64,000 nucleotides of DNA from Takakia lepidozioides. Its lineage: Eukaryota; Plantae; Bryophyta. The stretch's first letter is position 1. Every line of letters starts with the position of its first letter. The notes under the pieces are model-generated. The model saw nothing but the letters and a program-made list of their open reading frames with translations, did not search any database and was not told the DNA's origin. Location of the stretch: positions 11,408,001 through 11,472,000 of the forward strand of contig CM060734.1 of the NCBI GenBank assembly GCA_030704615.1, written 5' to 3'. This document shows, piece after piece, positions 51,556 through 63,208 of this stretch. Made by a program: the position numbers and the translations under genes.

Positions 51556-53573
51556 GCTCAAACAGTGTGCGTTGACGCACACTGTTTGAGCTGCCTGGTA
51601 AGTGTGACATGCCAGGTAAGTGTTCATTGAACCTCAAAGACATGCCCTTAGTGGCCTATTTCCAGATGAAAAAAACAAAGAAAAGATGAGCTCAAACAGT
51701 GTGCGTTGACGCACACTGTTTGAGCTGCCAGGTAAGTGTTCCTTGATCCTCACAGACGTACCCTGTGTTGCCGAATATCACAGGAAAAAAACAATGACAA
51801 GGTGGGCTCAAACAGTGTGCGTTGACGCACACTGTTTGAGCTGCCAGGTAAGTGATGATTGATCCTCAAATACATACCCTATGTGGCCGATTTTCAGATG
51901 ACAAAGGCAATGACAAGGTGAGCTCAAACAGTGTGCGTTGACACGCACTGTTTGAGCTGCCAGGTAAGTGATGATTGATCCTCAAATAGATGCCCTATGT
52001 GGCCGATTTCAGATGACAAAGGCAATGACAAGGTGAGCTCAAACAGTGTGCGTTGACACACACTGTTTGAGCTGCCAGGTATGTGATGATTGATCCTCAA
52101 ATACATGCTGTTTGTGGCCTTTTTCAGATGAAAAAATAATGAGAAGTTGGGCTCAAACAGAGTGCGCCAACGCACACTGTCTGAGCTGCTAGGTAAGTGT
52201 TCATTGATCCTCAGTTACATGCCCTGTGTGGCCGATTTTCAAACAAAAAAACAATGAGAAGGTGGGCTCAAACAGTGTGTGTTGACGCACACTGTTTGAG
52301 CTACCAGGTAAGTGATGATTGATCCTCAGAGACAAGCCCTGTGTGGCCAATTTTCAAACAAAAAAACAATGACATGGTGGGCTCAAACAGTGTGCGTTGA
52401 CGCACACTGTTTGAGCTGCCAGGTAAGTGTTCATTGATCCTCAAATACATGCCCTTTGTGGCCGAATTTAAGATGAAAAAAACAAAGAAAAGGTGAGCTC
52501 AAACAGTGTGTGTTGACGTACACTGTTTGAGCTGCCAGGTAAGTGTTCATTGATCCTCACAGACATGCCCTGCATTGCCGAATTTCACAGGAAAAAAACA
52601 GTGACAAGGTGGGCTCAAACAGTGTGCGTTGACGCACACTGTTTGAGCTGCCAGGTAAGTGTTCATTGATCATCAAATACATGCCCTTTGTGGCCTATTT
52701 CCAGATGAAAAAAACAATGAGAAGGTGGGCTCAAACAGTGTGCGCCAACGCACACTGTTTGAGCTGCCAGGTAAGTGTTCATTGATCCTCAGAGACATGC
52801 CCTATGTGGCCGATTTTCAAACGAAAAAAACAATGACAAGGTGAGCTCAAACAGTGTGCGTTGATGCACACTGTTTGAGCTGCCAGGTAAGTGATGATTG
52901 ATCCTCAAATACATACCCTATGTGGCCGATTTTCAGACGACAAAGGCAATGACAAGGTGAGCTCAAACAGTGTGCGTTGACGCACACTGTTTGAGCTGCC
53001 AGGTAAGTGATGATTGATCCTCAAATACATGCCGTTTGTGGCCGTTTTTCAGATGAAAAATCAATGAGAAGGTGGGCTCAAACAGTGTGCGCCAACGCAC
53101 ACTGTTTGAGCTACCAGGTAAGTGTTCATTGATCCTCAGAGACACGCCCTGTGTGGCCGATTTTGAAACAAAAAAAAATGACAAGGTGAGCTCAAACAGT
53201 GTGCGTTGACGCACACTGCTGGAGCTACCAGGAAATTGATGATTGAACCTCAAAAAGATACCCTGGCTGGGTAATTTTTTTGTTAGAAGAACAATGATAA
53301 GGGGGGCTCAAACAGTGTGTGTCAACGCACATTGTTTGAGCTTCCAAATAGTAGAGGATTGAACCGGGCATAGTGGCCCTATCTGGCCGTTTTGCACACC
53401 AACAACAAAGTAAAATGGGGGGCTCAAACAGTGTGCGTCAACGCACAGTGTTTGAGCTTCCAATTCGTGGTGGATCGAACCTGCCCTAGTTCCCCAATTT
53501 GGCCGTTTCGCACATCAACAAGCAAGCAAAATGGAAGGCTCAAACAGTGTGCGTCAACGCACACTGTTTGAGC
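51556..53573. repeat. Tandem array: 18 units of ~115 bp, each with a 36 bp palindrome GCTCAAACAGTGTGCGT-TG-ACGCACACTGTTTGAGC
   Basis: Palindrome starts at ~51556, 51690, 51806, 51922, 52037, 52151, 52266, 52381, 52497, 52613, 52729, 52845, 52961, 53076, 53190, 53306, 53422, 53538. Confidence 0.95.
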
Positions 53574-53659
53574 TTCTTGTTCGCGGTTGATGCAACTTGG
53601 TAGAGATGCCGTGTGTAGACTATGTTCATATTGAAATACAATCTCAACTGGGGTTCACA

Positions 53660-54424
53660 TCAGCAATGAAGCACAAAGGTGGTTTTCAAAGATTGTACCT
53701 TTTTTTGGGCTGCTCCAGAAGACTCCCCAATCGCCGGGGACCCTTTGCGCTTCGGACTGCTCTCCACGCATTGCATGTTCTGGAGCATCTCCCCCATCCT
53801 CTCTTCCACTATGAGGTTCTTCGTGAGGCTAGCATCAACATCATCTTCGGCGTTTGTCTCTCCCTCGGATGCAGTGTCCTCCTCACCTGTTCTTGGAACT
53901 ATGGCAGGCTGTTGTTCTTCTCCGGATTCCTGCTCTTCCATCGCCATACTTTCCTCTTTGCCCTCTTCTTCCGCCTTTTCCTCTTCATCCACTATTTCCA
54001 TCCTCATTCTATATCTGGCTCTATTCCTGTTTCTAGAGCTCGTGAAGTATAATGACTTCCTTCTCTTCCTCCTCCGCTGGAAACAAGGGCTCCCCACGAT
54101 GCCTCTAGAGCTCTCCAGTTTGACGTTTGCAACAAGGGTTGCTATGGCATGTAACCAAAATCAAAATTGGACATTGTCAACCGTATTTGGATGCGGGTGT
54201 TGTTATTGTGTGCGAACGGAATTCATCCATTTCGGCGTCTTTGTATTATCCAAGAAATAAAGTGCTAGAAAATATGTACATCCGTTGCATGTACTTGTGA
54301 TATATGTCAGATGTACTTCGCCGCCTGCCAATACATGGCGGCCTTCTTGCATTCTTTCAAATTCGGAAGTGCCGTAGAAATCTAATGCTAGTTCAATTTC
54401 GAGCAGTTCTTGCAGATTCGCCAT
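53660..54424 (-). CDS. Uncharacterised (probably spliced) gene with basic and acidic tracts
   Basis: ORFs 54203-54424 (MANLQELLEIELALDFYG...) and 53660-54097 (RRRKRRK followed by an E-rich tract). No family recognised. Confidence 0.35.
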
Positions 54425-54971
54425 AAATGTTATGCTTCACATATGCATCCACGTGTGTCGTACTGCCTACCCTGTGGTTTGCATTTTGCCGTCATCGTCG
54501 CCATGGGGTCATTCGGTATAAAGGGTTGTGTCGGAAATGATCTTGTGTTGCACACATCCGTGCGAGGTGACTCTTGGAGTGTCAGTGTTTGTGCTGTGCT
54601 CTTCTGGCACAGCACAACCTCATTACATTCGGGGTCTTCCTGTTTACTGCTCTCCAGGGTTGTTGCCGTCTTTCCATAATGGATGGTTTCATGTCATGTT
54701 CAGGGTTTGTTTTTCATCCAAAAACAGCACGGCTTCTTGTGGCTTCTTGTCTTTGAAAACAGTTTTTCTGGTTGGTGTCTCTCAGCGTGGTTGTCTGCGA
54801 AGTTCAGTGCATGTCATTCCTACATCCTTTTGATGCATCGCCCGCAGCCTTTGGGTTAGTGCTACCCTTGTTGACCTCAATTTGTTTTTGGTGGATCCCC
54901 TTTCGAGAATTACGGGCTATCAGTTCGGGGATTCCGTTGTGAATCGCAACTTTCGGTCAGCGTAGGAAAAC

Positions 54972-57900
54972 ATGTCGAGGGAGCGAGATAGACTCGCCCG
55001 ATTTCATTCCAATGCAGGTAGTCTTCCACTGACTGCCACTGCAGACGACGATGGGTTTGCAGTTGTTCATGAGGATGAGCTGGTTACAGTGTTCCCACAG
55101 AATTGGGTTCTCTGCTTGTTCAAAAAGAGGTGTATGACGAGGATGGGAATTTGGATTCTGGACACTTGGAGAAACCATTGGTTGGCGAGTGTGGAAGGAA
55201 GTGGAGAGTCCTTCCAGGCACATACCGTGTCCTTGGAAAAGAGAGAAGACAATCAGCAGGATCAGTCATTACCCCTGGAACTGCAGCATCGGTCGTGCAG
55301 CAAAAGGGCACAGTTCATGTGAAACAAGAGGTGAGCACATCCACTACATTCGTGACTCTTTCAGACTCGTCCTCGGAGGATGTTTCTGAGATTCCTCCGC
55401 CAGTGCAGACTCCATTCTTGGATGATGACGAATTGCAAGAGATAACGAGTGTCATTCCAAAATTGAAAGCCCTCGCAGGGGTGCCTGGGTGCAAGAGCGA
55501 GCTGCGTTTTGTTGATTGGGAGTCCCTTCGTGTGCAGCGGGTTCAATACGTGCCAGCAGAGTTTGATGGGGACATCTTGTTTGAGCTCAACCCTCCCACG
55601 TCTTCCAATGGACTGGCTGGGCTTCTGCAGGGCATGGACAAGAAACATGACGGACACCCTTGGTGCAGGACAAAAACGTCGAACATCCACAACGACATTG
55701 GATTGAAATTTCGAAGGTCGGTTTGCGTTGGGCATTGCAAGTGCCTGAATATTTCTTGCCCTCGGATGAGAAACATCGCTCAACCAAACGAAAGTGAGTG
55801 GGAAGGTGTGCCCCTGAATCCTTTCACCCCAGGACTTGCCCCTCCCAAGACCAATACTTTTGTGTGCAGGTTCTGCAAACTTTCCCCGTCCTGTGTTTCT
55901 GTGTGCCACCAGGTGGCACACCGATGCAAGACAATGACTCGTGCCTGCATTCATATGGGTGCACACAAGCATCCTGTGTCCAAAGGAAGTTGCAGGGATA
56001 GCGTGGACATCGCTAGAAATCTGCTGAAGCAGGAAGTTCCACAATGCCCCTTGTGCAACACCTTCTGCTATAGCGCTTGCAGCTAGCAAGGCTTTCCTGG
56101 AAAAACACATACTGGGTGAAGGGGATTCGACACAACCAATGCTGGATGCAGATTCGCTTGATGCAGTGATGGACCATTTCTCCGTGTTGAGCTCTCACAA
56201 TATTCGAAACCAGGTGAATGCACTCAGAGTCGGCACAGGCACTGCTGGATTCATGGACAACATTATGGACCTCAAACGGAGAAGTCGCTATGAATTCATT
56301 CAAAACAGTATCTTCCCTGGCCAGGGCTCGTCCAAGGTGTATTTGTTCAAGATGTCCGCAGTGGGCGAAGGCAGTGGTGTGAGCATTGTCCGCCGAATGC
56401 AACCTGGAGGAGATTTGGCTAAATGTTGGTTGATGTTTGATCACTGCAAATGGGTGAAGGGTTGGACAACCATGGCGTGCCATGTGTATGATCCAGCGTA
56501 CCAGCGTGTGCTCTCAATAGCAATTTGTGATATGCAGTCGGAGGACACTGAATCCCAGATGCTCATGTGGAATTCGCTCCTGGCCGTCATGCAGCGCAAT
56601 GGAATACAGAACACAAATTTTGCGGGCTTCATGGCTGATAGTGCACAGGCAAATTTCAATGCAGTGCGGCGCGTGTTTGGTTCGGGGGATCCTAAGGTCC
56701 CAATGGAAAATAGGGAGCGCACATGCCTCTTCCATTGGAGTCAATCTCTGCCACGTCATACAAAGCGCTGCATTCGCCCCGACCTTCAGTTGGAGCACAG
56801 AAGGCTCTGTCTCAAGTACAAAAATGCCACCTCAATGGGAGAAGCTGAGAGCACTTACCAGGCAATCCGGGCTTGGTGGTTCTCCTCTGGTGCTGCTACT
56901 AGTATCCACCTGAAGGAGTTGGAGGACTGGTTGGTTTTCTGGCACTTTAGGTACAGACAGTGGGGAGCTTTCATGACGACGGTAAGCCTCTTCAATCCCA
57001 AAAACACAAATTTTGCATCGTGCCTGTTCATTTGGGGTTCTTGGATTGTCGCTTGCAGAACCTCTTCCATTTCCTTTCGTTCCTCACATTTCCATGCAAT
57101 GCCTCCTACAGGACATGTCCTTGGAGGACTTGGCCGACATGCCATCCTGTAATTTGGCGGAGACTGTTCACAACGCCTGGATGCAGCAATCTACCAAAGC
57201 AGGTCGTGACTTGTATGTGGCCACTGCTGATGACATGGTGCGGGCACTTACACAACAAACCAGGTACCGCAATTTTCTGATGGGACGGGGTGGAGGCAAG
57301 GGCCCCGGTACGACTTTGTTGATGCTAAGGGCTGCGAGTAGGTCTGGAGACCCATCGAAGATGGCCAGAGCTCTGAACAGGTGCACTGAAGGCTCCCCTT
57401 TGCAATCTAGGCTCCCTCATTTGGAAGGCGAGGAAAGATTTGGATCATGCAAAAGGAAATTGAACACTCTTCCAGGGTCAGATGGAGATTCCCATCGCCC
57501 AGACAGGTCAATTTCTCTGTGCCAAAGGTGTCTCCAGTGCAGAGTAAGTCGTGTGCCAGCCCCTTCCCAGGTGGGTCCTCCTCAAGTGGAGCAGGTGCAG
57601 AACATGCAAGCACAGCAGCAGGAATCCCATTGGAGGAGGTGGTGGCCATGGTGCAGGAATCTGATTGCATTGATAGTGAGTGGCATATAGAACGCACCCT
57701 ACCAGGATCTAGAGTTGCTTGCATGGCAATTCGGACCCCCTCTTTCAAGAAATGCAAATCAAAAATATGCAAAGGCTCCAGGGGGACTCCAGCTCCAACA
57801 TTCACAGGGTTGTTCCGACCTTATCATAGTGGGGAGTCAAAGGACCACAAGTTCTGGTTCTGCCCAGACGATATGGCACGATGCGTCAAGGGAACAGTTC

Positions 57901-58523
57901 GTCCTTCGGTGATAATGTAACCCCCTCCCCCCGCAATTTGGCCTGTGAAACTTGGGACGTCGCTGTCAACAACCGAGATAAGCATGCTGGAGGAGGGAGG
58001 GTTTTGTCTTGCATGGTCCCGGGTGGTGCCCTTGTGCACTGTCGGCACAGATGTGCCACGTGCTCCGGCAATGCCTCCACCCGGTGCCGACTCCCACCCA
58101 ACAAAAAGAGATGGAAAAATAGTGCGTCGTGTCGCTTCGGGTGCAGATCACGAATGCAAGATGGAATCGGCTAGAATTTTGCAGGCTTGGGTGGCTCGTA
58201 TCACCGAAGTCCCTGCCCCGGGGTATGGACGGATTTACACAGTGCTGTCTATTGGCTCAGTTCTTCATGGCAAAAAATATCAGGTTACCGTGGGGAATTT
58301 CCCTACTTGCACTTGTCCGGATTTTGTAACGATGCGTGAGGGTGCTCTCGGCATGAGAGGGAAGTGGGTCCCCTGCAAGCATCAATATTACATATACCTT
58401 GTAATTATGTGTTGCGACGGTAAGAGAGACCAATTCATTCACCAAGCCACACTAGGCTACGAAGAAGTCATCACCCTTCTGCAGCGGGACACCTCACGTA
58501 GGGCTCCGCCAAATTCTCTTTGA
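54972..58523 (+). mobile_element. Mutator-like DDE transposase gene with N-terminal GCM-like Zn domain and C-terminal SWIM finger (frameshifted)
   Basis: GCM-like HDGHPWCRTKTSNIHN...FRRSVCVGHCKC...CRFC...CIHMGAHKHP; DDE core WLMFDH / GFMADSAQA / TCLFHW (CxxH) / CNLAETVH; SWIM YQVTV...TCTCPDF...PCKH. Intron ~56982-57111. Confidence 0.82.
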
Positions 58524-59759
58524 ACACATACGAGCCATTCCCGCTTCCCACGCTGGTTTCCAGGTTACCGTGTGAAGACTTTGCATTTAGGACAAACACA
58601 TACATTTTGTTCACGGAACCAGGGCAAATGCACATGCCATTCATTGTAAGCGTCTATCTGTGAATTGAAATAAAGTGTGTCAATCATTCTGAGCTCAATT
58701 CTGCCATATTTTCATATTCCTCTTTTTGTGCAGGCATTGCAGACATGGTGCATGGTGGCCCCCTTTGTTTTGTCCACGGTAATAGGCCCTCTTCTTGCAA
58801 TCCTTGCCTATAGGACCTGCTTCTCCAGCAAATTTGTGCCGCTCACGCTTTGCAGCTACAACGTGAGCTCAGCTCCCAGGCTCACGGGGCTGGGCTCACG
58901 CTGTAGCTACGCTGGAACCAAAGTTCCACTTTTTGTGCAATGTTGCATTTTGTTGGATGTTGACTTTTGGCTGCGAGGGTCTGGCACTCAGTCTTGTACC
59001 CACTGGAATGCCACCTCTGTCAATTCCCTCTGTCCATGGGGAAGGTGCTTGCACGCTCGCCCCCCCACGCTTCTTGTCAGACGCCGTAATTATTGGTTTG
59101 CGCAGCGCACCTGCACAGGTCTGCAGCCTTCTGATTGCATACCATTGGCAGTTATTGCGCAAAGGCCAGGGGCCACATTCCGGAGATAGGGTTCATTAAC
59201 ACTCTGACAATGGATTTTTGGGATAGTGGGCTCCCCGGATTCGTGAATAGGCTTCGTCGCTCGGAAAGATCGGCCCTGCATTCATTTCCCTCGCTGCATC
59301 CCCCTTTCTCCCAGGGCGCTTGCCCGAACGCCGTCCTGGCAGTCTTGTGTGCACATCTCCCATGGCAGAAAACTCGAGCGCTATAGTGTACTGCCCTCCT
59401 CACGAGCATAGAGCTACATTTCCGTGCAGAGGGGAGATCTGTCGGGTGATGGAGAAATATCTCTGCGTTCGATACCACCTGAAACCGGGGTCGGTATTTT
59501 TGGAGGAGGAAAGGAAGAATTCAAATGGAGTTGTAGTCGAAAGTATTGTTGTGCTCCACGATGATTTTGGCGACGGTAGGGAATGACGAGTTCTACCATC
59601 GGACAGCGTTATATACAGGGCTGTTCGGGACTTCATTGGCCGCCAATGCGCCTTCTATCTATCCTGCCGCCTTCCACGAAACAATCCGCGAATCAGAGAG
59701 TGGGTACCTCAAAGAGAGAACTCCGCAATGAAGTTAATCCAGAGCCGACCCCATCAATG

Positions 59760-60110
59760 AAGATGAGCGAGAACCGGGTTGTTCACAACCTGTCCGACTC
59801 AGACAAGATCATGGAAGTTCCAAGATCATCCTGGAGATCAGGCAAGTCCTCAATGGACATCAGCGGACGAGGGAGTCATATTCCCAACACGAGCTCAACA
59901 ACTCGATCCATTTTTGATATTCTGCGAGGGCTTCACATGGAGGGACACCGCTCGGAGTTGGTTGGGCTGGACTACAGCAAGTTCGCAATTAAATCCGTGA
60001 CAGGCCTTCCCGTAGACGTCGACGACAATATCTTCTTTGAGTTCCCTCCTCGAACGGACTATTCGAGGGCGTCCGGAATGTTGACAGATATGGATAGGAA
60101 ACATGATGGT
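59760..60110 (+). pseudogene. Truncated N-terminus of a second GCM-like transposase paralog
   Basis: RSELVGLDYSKFAIKSVTGLPVDVDDNIFFEFPP...MDRKHDG aligns with KSELRFVDWESLRVQRVQYVPAEFDGDILFELNPP...MDKKHDG at ~55490-55655. Confidence 0.7.
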
Positions 60111-61049
60111 TGATGGGGAAGATGTGCGGTCTTCCTCATCCAAACATGCGATGAGTAGCGGCTTTTGGAGTGACTGCTCGAGCAGTTGGAGCTGTCGATG
60201 ATACCACCAGCGTGTCGGGCTCGTCGTCACTCTGTCATCCCCAACAATCGTGAGAACCAACATCGCAATGAAAACCACCATCGCAACGAGCATCGCAACC
60301 ACCATCGCAACAATCGTGGAACAACAATGAAAACAAAACAAAACCAAGTATGGAGTGGCATGGAACAACAATGAAAAAAACCCAAGCAATCCCTAAGAAT
60401 CACATGCAAAGTAGCCTTTTCCAGAGCTGCCGGCTTTGCACACGCATTGCAAACTATCTAAGGTTCACTCAACCAGTAACTTACTGAAATCATTGTAGGT
60501 TCACGTGTCATGGAATTCCTATCCAAAGTAGCAAGGACACCAAACACTCTATATCGCACTTCACCTGTAAAAGGCAAAACCCACGATTGCGGTCGTTATC
60601 TCGAATTGGATCCAAAATGCGGTATGTTGTGCCGGAACCAGCAGTGATCTCCTCCTCTTCAACAACCAAAGAGAATGGGTCGATACAAAATCTGCCCTGA
60701 ATTATTTTGTCCTTTAAAAAGACATGTTGTCCCTCCGCCATCACCTTGATGTCGTCTGTGCCAGGTGGGCAATTCACCAGCACAAAGGGATTCATGATCG
60801 CCTGCTTCAGTACTTCGCCACAGTGCTATTGAACACGCGCAAGTGTGGTACAATGGAAAAATGCACAGAGCGTGTGGACACGGACACCCCAATCCTACGA
60901 GAAGCAGCAAGCATGCATGGAATCTACGCAACGGACTAACGAAACTGTACTATCAACGGTCACAAATTTAAGAAAATCTATCATCCGTTTGTGATTAATA
61001 CTATTTTCCATCCGTCTCCATCCATTCGCGATTGTGGTGGCAACGGTCG

Positions 61050-61549
61050 NNNNNNNNNNNNNNNNNNNNNNNNNNNNNNNNNNNNNNNNNNNNNNNNNNN
61101 NNNNNNNNNNNNNNNNNNNNNNNNNNNNNNNNNNNNNNNNNNNNNNNNNNNNNNNNNNNNNNNNNNNNNNNNNNNNNNNNNNNNNNNNNNNNNNNNNNNN
61201 NNNNNNNNNNNNNNNNNNNNNNNNNNNNNNNNNNNNNNNNNNNNNNNNNNNNNNNNNNNNNNNNNNNNNNNNNNNNNNNNNNNNNNNNNNNNNNNNNNNN
61301 NNNNNNNNNNNNNNNNNNNNNNNNNNNNNNNNNNNNNNNNNNNNNNNNNNNNNNNNNNNNNNNNNNNNNNNNNNNNNNNNNNNNNNNNNNNNNNNNNNNN
61401 NNNNNNNNNNNNNNNNNNNNNNNNNNNNNNNNNNNNNNNNNNNNNNNNNNNNNNNNNNNNNNNNNNNNNNNNNNNNNNNNNNNNNNNNNNNNNNNNNNNN
61501 NNNNNNNNNNNNNNNNNNNNNNNNNNNNNNNNNNNNNNNNNNNNNNNNN
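61050..61549. other. Assembly gap (500 N)
   Basis: Run of N. Confidence 1.
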
Positions 61550-62084
61550 CTCTTCTCCAGTGTATGGGGACATTCACATTGGGACAGAGGACGAAACGCA
61601 CGCAGACAACGGGCCCACAGTGAAGCTTTCCATATTCCATGGTGGTTTGATTGAAGGGCACGACATTGTGATCAACTTGAATAGGGGCGCGACATGAGCT
61701 GCAATCCAGTTTACCTGGAGGAGCCCCATGACTCATGAGCTTGTCTTCAGACCAGTTGAAGCTCCGCTCATTTAGTGGCTTTCATTCAGAATGCTTTAGA
61801 TTTGCATGAACCATCAGTGTAGTTAACGTGCTTCATATGCAACTCATGTGGATCAATAAAATCAATAAAATAAAATAATGTGGAATGTGCATCCTTTGTT
61901 CTCAAAATGGACAACTCGTCATATCGACCAATTTCCTGCCACAACGTTCCATTTCCTTCCTCGGACCTGCCTATTGCGGCGCCAAAATAGCACATGAGGA
62001 TGAAAACTGCACGGTCCCACCGGATTGCGTTCCGGCGGGATAACAAACTTCCAGTTTGCGATTTCGCGGCCAAAACAACACATG

Positions 62085-62255
62085 TGATGAAGGGCCGTGT
62101 TTTGAAGGCTTCGTCCATGCTATTTCGGCGCCAAAATTCCCAAGTGGAATGTGAGAAAAGGCCATGTTTTGAAGGCGCTGACCGTGCTATTTCGGCATCG
62201 GATTTCCCAAGTGAAATGTGATTAAGGGCCGTGTTTTGAAAGCTTCAAGTGCACC
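62085..62255 (+). repeat. Degenerate ~67 bp tandem repeat (GGCCGTGTTTTGAAGGC core, 3 copies)
   Basis: Core at ~62093, 62160 and 62227. Confidence 0.6.
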
Positions 62256-62778
62256 ATTCTCTGCTGTGCATATATTGCATTGTATTAGTATAGTATTACA
62301 TTGAAGTTTGCGGAAGATATGTTGGGAATTTGACATGCAGAGTCTGAACACAATGATTTCCAAAATCGTCATTTTTATTCATTAAGTGATTAAGAACTGT
62401 ACAACAGAAGGATCGAAATGAGACTGTACTATGGCGAGGATCTGCGATCACTGTCCAATGCATCCCCGGCCTCATGCAAGGATGGTTGCCCTTCACCTGC
62501 CTCCGAACCTTCGCTACTGCTACCGCTTGGTTTTGTAGCATGGTCTCTTGCTGTAGGGGCGCCGCCAAAGTCGACACCTGATGTTCTTCCTGCACCCTTA
62601 CATCTTGAGAGAGAGACCATATGTTAGAAGATCCCTGGGCTATCTGAGCCACAGGATTGGAGAATGTTCCTCAGGACGATTGCTCGGTAGCTGCATTGCC
62701 TCTGGAATATGATGGGCCTACATGATCTGATCTAGGCCGTTGCGCAATTTGTGTTGGCGTAGCGAAATGCCTGCTAGG

Positions 62779-63208
62779 CTACAGTGGTACAGAAGTTGGT
62801 TGAACAGTCGTACACTGATCTGAAAAAAGAACCCATTGCCTATCTAGATTTCTCTCCACTTGTTGTTGAGTGGCAGGTGTGGGTCGGTCCACTTGCCTAC
62901 GGGGACATTTGTCAAATGAGTGACCTTGTTTATCACAATGGCGACATACAATGGTTTTCCAACATTCTTCTATTCGGTGGGTCGTTCTCCGCGTCTCGAT
63001 AGTCGACATAGTTGATGATCTGTTGACCGATGGAACTCATGCGATCAGTTATAGTCTCGACCGTCTTCATGAGATGTGTCACATGTGCTTCTAGATGGCC
63101 CACCAGCAAATCGGATTGTCCGGTTGAATCTGCATGTGAGTTGATGGGAACTGCACGAGCATACTGTGGTACTGAAGGGGCCGCAACTGGTCCTGTAGCC
63201 ATTGCTGG
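62779..63208 (-). mobile_element. gag-like fragment with CCHC zinc knuckle, interrupted by the element starting at 63209
   Basis: CRHCDKQGHSFDKC (CX2CX4HX4C). Confidence 0.55.

Noticed and set aside
51556-53573. CRISPR array (36 bp palindromic repeats at regular spacing)
   Set aside because: The spacers are ~80 bp and homologous to each other, there are no cas genes, and the context is eukaryotic and spliced.
60981-61736. Long ORFs spanning 61050-61549
   Set aside because: Artefacts of the N gap.
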